Positions 57,479-64,000 of a stretch of DNA of 64,000 nt are shown piece by piece. The position numbers and the translations under genes are program-made. The stretch lies in contig CAZWAV010000001.1 of assembly GCA_964631935.1 (NCBI GenBank), positions 4,979-68,978 on the forward strand. Reading direction: 5' to 3'. This stretch comes from an uncultured Candidatus Saccharibacteria bacterium (GTDB lineage Bacteria > Patescibacteriota > Minisyncoccia > Phycocordibacterales > UBA9973). Under the pieces are notes generated by a model that saw only the letters and a list, made by a program, of their open reading frames with translations, had not been told where the DNA came from and did not search any database. Each line of letters begins with the position of its first letter. Positions within the stretch are counted from its first letter, which is position 1.

Positions 57479-58051
57479 ATGATTGAATCTTCATTTAATA
57501 AACATGAACAATTTAACCCAAAAGTAGAATTGGCGACAGTAGATGACTGGGAAGAATGTAAAAGATTACGACTATTAGAAGTTACTGGTGAAGATGCAAA
57601 AATGTTTGGCGCTGGACCAAAAGAAGTCTCTGTAGAGGAGAATAGAACGAAAGAAGATTGGCAATATGCATTATCAAGTAATGATATGTTATTCGTGTTA
57701 TCTAAGAACGGTTCTAAATCTGTGGGCTTAGGTCGCGCTATAAAAGAAAAAGGAAAGGAAGGAGTGTGGCGTTTGGGTTGGGGTTATACTGAAAAAGATT
57801 TTCGAAATAAAGGTTTTGGAACAAAAAATTCAATGTTACGACTTAAGGAGTTATTAAAAAGAGGAGCGAAGGAAGCGATGCTTTATGTAAAATCTGACAA
57901 TAAAGATTCTTTTCGTGTTCAAGAATCTCTGGGTTTTAAAATAGTCAAAGTTTATCCACCACTTATTGCGGGTGAAGCAGAAGATTGCTTAATGATGCTA
58001 GATTTAACTAATCCTGATGTTATTAAAAAGATAAATGATTTTGTGATATAA
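57479..58051 (+). CDS. GNAT family N-acetyltransferase
   Basis: RNKGFGTKNSMLRLKELL acetyl-CoA-binding motif A. Confidence 0.7.
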   Translation: MIESSFNKHEQFNPKVELATVDDWEECKRLRLLEVTGEDAKMFGAGPKEVSVEENRTKEDWQYALSSNDMLFVLSKNGSKSVGLGRAIKEKGKEGVWRLGWGYTEKDFRNKGFGTKNSMLRLKELLKRGAKEAMLYVKSDNKDSFRVQESLGFKIVKVYPPLIAGEAEDCLMMLDLTNPDVIKKINDFVI

Positions 58052-58064
58052 TATAAAAACCTAA

Positions 58065-59159
58065 ATGAATATAATAATTTTCTTAGTAATACTATTAGTG
58101 CTTGTTGTGTCCCATGAGTTTGGGCATTTTATTGTTGCAAAGAAATCTGGAATACGTGTAGATGAATTTTCTTTTGGTTTTCCTCCAAAACTTTTTGGAA
58201 TTAAGAGAGGGGAGACAAGGTACAACTTCAATGCACTACCATTTGGTGGTTATGTAAAGATCTTTGGTGAGAATCCGGATGAAGAATCCATGAATGGTCC
58301 AGATAAAAATAGAAGTTTTGTAAATAAGCCGAAATATATCCAAGCCGCAGTGTTATTTGCAGGGGTGGCTATGAACTTCCTAGTAGCTTGGCTGCTTCTT
58401 TCTGTAGGCTTTATGTCTGGTCTCCCTACTTCTGTCGGAGCTGAACCAAAAGGTTCTATATTACAGAATCAAGCTCTGACTGTTACAAGTACAACACCAA
58501 ATTCTCCTGCAGAAAAAGCTGGAATAAAAACGGGAGATAAGATTACACATCTTGAAGTAAAAGGAGATGGTACTGATACACCATCAACAACAAGTGTTCA
58601 ATACTTTGTAAAAAAGCACAGTGAAGAGCCAATACAAGTCTCTCTTATAAGAGGCAAAGAAGCCAAGCAAGTAACTGTGACTCCAGAAATAAATAAAGAA
58701 AGCAATGTACCAATGATTGGTATTAGTATGGATATTATAGGTACGCTTAAACTACCAGTCCATAAAGCTCTCTGGGAAGGATTAAAATTATCTTGGAATC
58801 TAGTTGTTGCTACTGTATCTGGTTTCTACACTTTGATTCATGATGGTCTGACAGGGCATGGAAATCTATCTGCTGTAACTGGGCCAATAGGAATTGTTGG
58901 AGTCGTAGGGGATGCAGCGCAATTTGGATTTATATATCTGCTTTCATTTACTGCTCTTATTTCTATAAACCTTGCAGTCATAAATCTAATCCCGTTTCCA
59001 GCACTCGATGGGGGACGATTACTATTTCTTCTTATAGAGAAAATAAAAGGTTCACGCATTAAGCCGAAAATTGCAAATACTGCAAACGTCATCGGCTTCT
59101 CACTCCTTATGATTCTCATGGCCGTGATAACTTATCACGATATAGTTAAACTACTATAG
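58065..59159 (+). CDS. rseP: RIP zinc metalloprotease RseP (site-2 protease)
   Basis: HEFGHF in TM1, a PDZ domain, and LDGG in the C-terminal TM. Confidence 0.85.
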   Translation: MNIIIFLVILLVLVVSHEFGHFIVAKKSGIRVDEFSFGFPPKLFGIKRGETRYNFNALPFGGYVKIFGENPDEESMNGPDKNRSFVNKPKYIQAAVLFAGVAMNFLVAWLLLSVGFMSGLPTSVGAEPKGSILQNQALTVTSTTPNSPAEKAGIKTGDKITHLEVKGDGTDTPSTTSVQYFVKKHSEEPIQVSLIRGKEAKQVTVTPEINKESNVPMIGISMDIIGTLKLPVHKALWEGLKLSWNLVVATVSGFYTLIHDGLTGHGNLSAVTGPIGIVGVVGDAAQFGFIYLLSFTALISINLAVINLIPFPALDGGRLLFLLIEKIKGSRIKPKIANTANVIGFSLLMILMAVITYHDIVKLL

Positions 59160-59204
59160 AGTATTTTACATTATCCAAAATCTATGATATATTAAAAGCA
59201 CATT

Positions 59205-59227
59205 CGCCCGCAGGCGTTTTATTTTTT
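59205..59227 (+). terminator. Terminator-like hairpin between rseP and typA
   Basis: CGCCCGCAGGCG followed by TTTTATTTTTT. Confidence 0.6.
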
Positions 59228-59248
59228 ACTCAAATTAATCAACTTATT

Positions 59249-61066
59249 ATGAAACCAACAGAAATCCGAAATATCGCTATTATTGCTCACGTGGACCACG
59301 GCAAGACAACTCTTACTGATGAGCTCATGAAGCAGTGTGGTATGAATGATACTGGTGCAACTATGGACTCAAACGCTCTTGAACAAGAGCGTGGTATCAC
59401 CATCTACTCCAAAAATACATCTGTTAATTATAAAGGTACAAAGATAAATATTGTGGATACACCAGGTCACTCGGATTTCGGATCTGAAGTTGAGCGTGTG
59501 CTCCGCGCGATCGACTCCGTTCTCCTACTTGTAGATGCGCAAGAAGGACCTATGCCTCAAACACGTTTCGTTCTAAAGAAATCTCTTGAACTAGGGTTAA
59601 AACCAATTGTCGTTATTAATAAAATCGATAAACCAGCCGCAAACCCTGCACGTGTTCATGATGAGATATTAGAATTATTTATCGAGCTCGGTGCTACAAA
59701 TGACCAGATAGATTTCAAGACTATCTACGCTATTGGGCGTCAAGGTATTGCTAAGCTTCAACTTTCCGATGAATCTAAAGATCTAACTCCACTTCTAGAT
59801 TTAGTACTGCAAGAAGTAAAAGAAGCCTCAGTTAATCCGGATAAGCCTTTCCAAGCCCAAGTATTTAACCTAGGTTATGATAACTTTTTAGGCCGCTTGG
59901 CTATTGCTCGTGCATATGCAGGATCAATTAAAACTGGATCAAACATTATTGTTAAAGACGATAAAGGAAACTCTCGTAATACTCGCATTACAAAAATGTT
60001 TACCTTCGAAGGTATTGCTCGTAAAGAAGTAGATGTTCTCAATACAGGAGATATCGCTATTATCGCAGGTATTCCAGATGTATTTATCGGTGAGACTATA
60101 TGTGACGTGGCAACGACAGAAGCTCTGCCGTCTATTGCTATTGATGAGCCAACAATCTCTCTTAACTTCTTAGTCAACGATTCACCATTTGCTGGACGCG
60201 AAGGTAAATTCGTAACATCTCGTCAAATTCGTGAACGCCTAGAAAAAGAACTTGAGATAAATGTAGGACTTAAAATAAATTTTGATGGAACAGATCAAGA
60301 AGAAATGCAAGAAGGATATCTTGTCTATGGACGCGGCGAATTACATATTGCTGTATTGCTTGAGAATATGCGACGAGAAGGGTATGAACTTCAAGTTTCT
60401 CAACCTCACGTTATTATAAAAGAAGAAAATGGTAAAAAACTTGAACCTTACGAAGAGGTGACTATTGATGTACGTAATGAATTCTCTGGAGCTGTTATCG
60501 AGAAGCTTACTGCTCGCCGTGGAATGATTACTAGTATGCAAGAAAAAGAAGGCATCACTCGTATGCTTATAGAAATGCCTACAAGAGGTTTGCTCGGATA
60601 CCGAGGACAGTTCGTAGTAGATACAAAAGGTGAAGGGCTCCTTGCTTCTAGATTCATAGGATTTAAAGATTACGCAGGTGAAATAAAGAAACGTGATGTC
60701 GGATCAATGACATCTATGGTTACAGGTAAGGTAGTAGCATTCTCTTTGTGGACACTTCAAGAGCGTGGAATACTTTATGTTGAGCACGGCGATGAAGTCT
60801 ATGAAGGTATGGTGGTGGGTAACGTGACAAAGGGTGATGAAATGTCTGTAAACCCAACAAAGGGTAAGCAACTATCAAATATGCGCTCATCTGGTACTGA
60901 TGAAGCTGTGAACGTGAAGCCCCCATACAAACTCTCAATTGAGCGTGCCCTAGAAGTGATGGCAGATGACGAATACCTTGAAATTACACCCAAAAATGTC
61001 CGTTTACGCAAGAAATTCCTTACTGAACAAGAACGATCAAAGAACAAATCGTCAAGTAAAAAGTAG
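59249..61066 (+). CDS. typA: Translational GTPase TypA/BipA
   Basis: AHVDHGKTTL and DTPGH G-motifs. EF-G-like domain order. Confidence 0.9.
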   Translation: MKPTEIRNIAIIAHVDHGKTTLTDELMKQCGMNDTGATMDSNALEQERGITIYSKNTSVNYKGTKINIVDTPGHSDFGSEVERVLRAIDSVLLLVDAQEGPMPQTRFVLKKSLELGLKPIVVINKIDKPAANPARVHDEILELFIELGATNDQIDFKTIYAIGRQGIAKLQLSDESKDLTPLLDLVLQEVKEASVNPDKPFQAQVFNLGYDNFLGRLAIARAYAGSIKTGSNIIVKDDKGNSRNTRITKMFTFEGIARKEVDVLNTGDIAIIAGIPDVFIGETICDVATTEALPSIAIDEPTISLNFLVNDSPFAGREGKFVTSRQIRERLEKELEINVGLKINFDGTDQEEMQEGYLVYGRGELHIAVLLENMRREGYELQVSQPHVIIKEENGKKLEPYEEVTIDVRNEFSGAVIEKLTARRGMITSMQEKEGITRMLIEMPTRGLLGYRGQFVVDTKGEGLLASRFIGFKDYAGEIKKRDVGSMTSMVTGKVVAFSLWTLQERGILYVEHGDEVYEGMVVGNVTKGDEMSVNPTKGKQLSNMRSSGTDEAVNVKPPYKLSIERALEVMADDEYLEITPKNVRLRKKFLTEQERSKNKSSSKK

Positions 61067-61104
61067 TATTTAGTCCTATTTTATATAAGAAATAGGTGAG
61101 TAGT

Positions 61105-61133
61105 TGACTTTATTTAATAGTAGTGATATTATG
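61105..61133 (+). promoter_or_regulatory. sigma70-like promoter TTGACT-17-TATTAT
   Basis: Read directly from sequence. Lies 40 nt upstream of the 61173 gene. Confidence 0.45.
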
Positions 61134-61172
61134 AAATTGTAGAAAATAATTATAACATTAACTTTTATTCAA

Positions 61173-62204
61173 ATGGCTAACACTATTACATTTAAACCAA
61201 AACAAGTTACCAAGCGTATGCTCTCAAATCTGCCAGAACGAGCTTACGAAGTGGTCACAAACCGTTTTGGACTTACGGACGACGCACAAAGAAAAACTCT
61301 TGAAGCCATTGGTAAAAAATATGGTATTACTCGTGAGCGTGTTCGTCAGATTGAGAATGCGGCACTGACTCTAATACGGAAATCATCAGCTTTCAAAGAC
61401 GAGAAAGGAGTTTTCGAAGAACTAAAGAAGCTAATCCATACTCTCGGTGCCGTTGTTTCTGAACATGAACTTTTGAATCACATTTCAAAAGATAAACTTA
61501 CTCAGAATCATATCCATCTATATCTTACTCTTGGTGATGACTTTACTAAACACAAAGAAGACGATGATTTTAAGACTCGTTGGAGTGTAGATAGTGATGT
61601 AGCAGAAGAAGTTCACAAGTCACTAAAAAATCTTTATTCAAATTTATCTGACGATGAGCTAGTTCCAGAGAGTGAGATTGTTGCTCGATTCCTCGATGAA
61701 GTAAAAGCTCTCTCTACTCAATACAAAAATGAAGAGATTGCAAAGCGCTGGCTTTCAATGTCAAAGAACATTAGCCGTAATCCTCTTGGTGAATGGGGTA
61801 AATCTACATCTTCTAGTATCAAGACTCGCGGTATCAAGGATTATGCATTCTTAATGATGCGTAAACATGGTTCACCTATGCACTTCCGTGAAGTAGCAAA
61901 AGCAGTTACTAATACTTTCGACAAGAAATGCCACACTGCTACTTGTCACAATGAACTTATTAAAGACTCACGATTTGTTCTCGTAGGACGTGGCATATAC
62001 GCTCTGTCTGAATGGGGATACAAATCAGGTGTAGTTCGTGATGTAATAAAAGAACTTCTAAAAAAGAACGGTCCAATGTCAAAAGAAGATATAGTAGACC
62101 AAGTTATGAAGGAGAGATATCTAAAGAAAAACACTATTCTCGTTAATCTTCAAAATTCTAAGTATTTCAAGAAAAACAAAAGTGGATTATATAGCGCTGT
62201 ATAA
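61173..62204 (+). CDS. DNA-binding protein: N-terminal sigma-70 region-4-like HTH plus C-terminal HARE-HTH-like domain(s)
   Basis: TLEAIGKKYGITRERVRQIENAALTLIRK (region-4.2-like). C-terminal …MHFREVAKAV…RFVLVGRGIYALSEWGY (HARE-HTH-like). Confidence 0.4.
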   Translation: MANTITFKPKQVTKRMLSNLPERAYEVVTNRFGLTDDAQRKTLEAIGKKYGITRERVRQIENAALTLIRKSSAFKDEKGVFEELKKLIHTLGAVVSEHELLNHISKDKLTQNHIHLYLTLGDDFTKHKEDDDFKTRWSVDSDVAEEVHKSLKNLYSNLSDDELVPESEIVARFLDEVKALSTQYKNEEIAKRWLSMSKNISRNPLGEWGKSTSSSIKTRGIKDYAFLMMRKHGSPMHFREVAKAVTNTFDKKCHTATCHNELIKDSRFVLVGRGIYALSEWGYKSGVVRDVIKELLKKNGPMSKEDIVDQVMKERYLKKNTILVNLQNSKYFKKNKSGLYSAV

Positions 62205-62206
62205 AT

Positions 62207-62243
62207 AAAAGAAACCTCTCATTTGTTGAGAGGTTTCTTTTTG
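62207..62243 (+). terminator. Rho-independent terminator
   Basis: AAAGAAACCTCTC-atttgttg-AGAGGTTTCTTTTT. Confidence 0.8.
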
Positions 62244-62407
62244 ATATGGTATAATAATCGTATGTATCAACGTGGAATCATAAATATTCTCTTGATTGTT
62301 ATAGGTCTTGTTATAGTTTGTATTTTAATTGGTGTTTTTGCTGGGTCTTCGTCAAGACAGACAGAGACAACAACCACTACTACTTATGGTAATTAATTTT
62401 TAATCCT

Positions 62408-63703
62408 ATGGTTTCAGAATTCTTTGCAACCCACAACTTTAATCTAATCCAAATCCTACTTGTAACGATAGGTTACCTGATGCCGATTCCTCTTTCTATA
62501 GCAGCTCTACGGCTATGGCATCACTACAGACAAGAGCGCTTTATAATGGGTATTAAATGGGTCCTTCTTGAAGTCCAAGTTCCTCGTGATGTAATAAAGA
62601 GTCCTGCAGCTATGGAACTTATTTTTTCTAATGCTTTTTATCATAAAAGTATGAAAGGATTTTGGGAGCAATATATTCAAGGAGCGCCATGGTTTTGGTT
62701 TTCTCTTGAGATGGTTTCTATAGATGGAAAGGTGCACTTCTTTATACGTACACCTACTCGTATGCGAGATCTTGTAGAGACACAAATATATGCCCAGTAC
62801 CCCCAAGCTAAGGTCGTCGAAGTTGATGACTATACACTTCATGTGCCTCAATACAAAAAACATGGAGATTGGAATATGTGGGGATGCGAATTTAACAAAA
62901 TGAAAGAAGATTTTCTTCCTATTCGTACGTATAGAGACATGGAAGAAATGGATAGTGGTACTAAGGAAGAATACAAGATTGACCCAATCACTCCTATAAT
63001 AGAATTTTTAGGATCTCTTCCTCGTGGCCAACAAGTCTGGATACAAATAGTAATAAGACAAAATATTAAAACCTACCACAGTCATCATACTGGTAAGCAT
63101 ATTAATTTTTACGATGCAACATTTGAATTCATTGAACAAATGCTTCTGCCCTATACTCGTGTTCAGAAAAATGATAATGGAGACACTATGGGTATGGATA
63201 TGCGTACTCCTGATCCACTCAAAAATCAAGTTAAAATTATGGTTGAGAACGCTAGTTTAATACACTTCGACTGTGGTATTCGTGTTGTTACTCTCTCAGA
63301 CAAGAGACTTTGTAGTGAAGAGCAATTTATGAATCTCAGACGTAATGTACGTTTAATTTGGCGTCAATTTGCTCAACCTAATATCAATGAGTTAAACCGT
63401 ATTAATTCAACACAGTTCGATGCGCCATGGTCTGATCCGACTGGACTTGCTCTTACAAAATACAAAAAGCGTACATTGGATTTTTATCGAATGAGGACAT
63501 TTTTTCATCCACCAATTCAGTATTCTATAGAATATCCAAAAATATTGTCAGCTTTTTTTCCATCTGGATCTCCAAAAATTTTCGTCATGTCTACTCGCGA
63601 ACTTGCAACAATTTTCCATTTCCCTGGTATGGTATCGGAAACCCCAAGCTTTAAACGTATCGAATCAAAAATTGCGAAACCTCCTTCAAATTTGCCATTA
63701 TAA
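62408..63703 (+). CDS. Membrane-anchored hypothetical protein (431 aa)
   Basis: N-terminal TM. No recognisable family. Confidence 0.4.
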   Translation: MVSEFFATHNFNLIQILLVTIGYLMPIPLSIAALRLWHHYRQERFIMGIKWVLLEVQVPRDVIKSPAAMELIFSNAFYHKSMKGFWEQYIQGAPWFWFSLEMVSIDGKVHFFIRTPTRMRDLVETQIYAQYPQAKVVEVDDYTLHVPQYKKHGDWNMWGCEFNKMKEDFLPIRTYRDMEEMDSGTKEEYKIDPITPIIEFLGSLPRGQQVWIQIVIRQNIKTYHSHHTGKHINFYDATFEFIEQMLLPYTRVQKNDNGDTMGMDMRTPDPLKNQVKIMVENASLIHFDCGIRVVTLSDKRLCSEEQFMNLRRNVRLIWRQFAQPNINELNRINSTQFDAPWSDPTGLALTKYKKRTLDFYRMRTFFHPPIQYSIEYPKILSAFFPSGSPKIFVMSTRELATIFHFPGMVSETPSFKRIESKIAKPPSNLPL

Positions 63704-63706
63704 TAT

Positions 63707-64000
63707 ATGGATGATAATTCTCTGGAACAACAACCCAAATCATCTCGTAGGCACGTCTTGGTGTATTCGTTTTTTGCCCTATGCTTTATATGTATAGCAA
63801 TATATTCTTTGTTATCAGCTCCAACTTTTAATAGAAGTCTTCTAAATGGACAAGTAGTTGCTATACACGTCGCTCACAATGAATCACTTGACGAGATAGC
63901 AAATGAATTAGAAAATAAAAAGATTATTAAGAGAGCTTTTGTTTTGAAATTACTTGTAGAATTATTAGGTGCTTCCCATAAAGTCCCAAGAGGTGATTAT
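63707..64000 (+). CDS. mltG: Endolytic murein transglycosylase MltG/YceG (N-terminal fragment; continues beyond the window)
   Basis: TM helix, then …VVAIHVAHNESLDEIANELENKKIIKRAFVLKLLVELLGASHKVPRGDY, matching the YceG pattern up to the conserved GxY. Confidence 0.5.
   Translation, partial: MDDNSLEQQPKSSRRHVLVYSFFALCFICIAIYSLLSAPTFNRSLLNGQVVAIHVAHNESLDEIANELENKKIIKRAFVLKLLVELLGASHKVPRGDY

Overview
This is an AT-rich (roughly one-third G+C by eye), gene-dense bacterial chromosomal segment with about 64 protein genes and 4 tRNAs (Asn-GTT, Glu-TTC, Ser-CGA, Val-GAC). There is no rRNA, CRISPR array, transposase or integrase.

Housekeeping genes dominate: dnaE, rnhB, pepN, gdhA, hpf, fmt-def, hisS, lepB, pth, rpsA, gyrA, the pgl-gnd-zwf oxidative pentose-phosphate operon, trxB, ftsZ-ftsA, ybeY, rpsU, priA, mreB, holB-like, frr, rseP and typA. 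Several are compact versions: a 377-aa S1, a 1063-aa DnaE, and a 650-aa PriA whose Walker A looks degenerate. Many genes lack a Shine-Dalgarno sequence, and several have a consensus sigma70 promoter abutting the ATG. The overall style fits a reduced-genome lineage such as CPR/Patescibacteria; this is inference.

The main findings are:
- (1) A ~4.6 kb array of six same-strand single-gene units lies immediately 3' of tRNA-Asn. Each unit is separated by copies of a ~95-bp structured repeat whose distal module mimics the tRNA-Asn 3' end. This looks like an integron-like or serial att-site cassette array, and no integrase is visible.
- (2) A GC-rich ~125-nt multi-hairpin element has its own promoter and is fused to the 5' end of tRNA-Asn.
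- (3) Five VirB2/TrbC-like pilin paralogs sit in tandem.
- (4) A secreted sortase-domain protein carries Ca-binding Cys/Asp repeats with a near-identical 153-bp in-frame tandem duplication, and a candidate sortase substrate (LAGSG, TM, basic tail) lies elsewhere in the window.
- (5) One secreted protein ends in a T9SS-type C-terminal domain look-alike.
- (6) A compositionally atypical lipoprotein islet is present.
- (7) A perfect 16-bp palindrome operator sits between hxlR and yceI.
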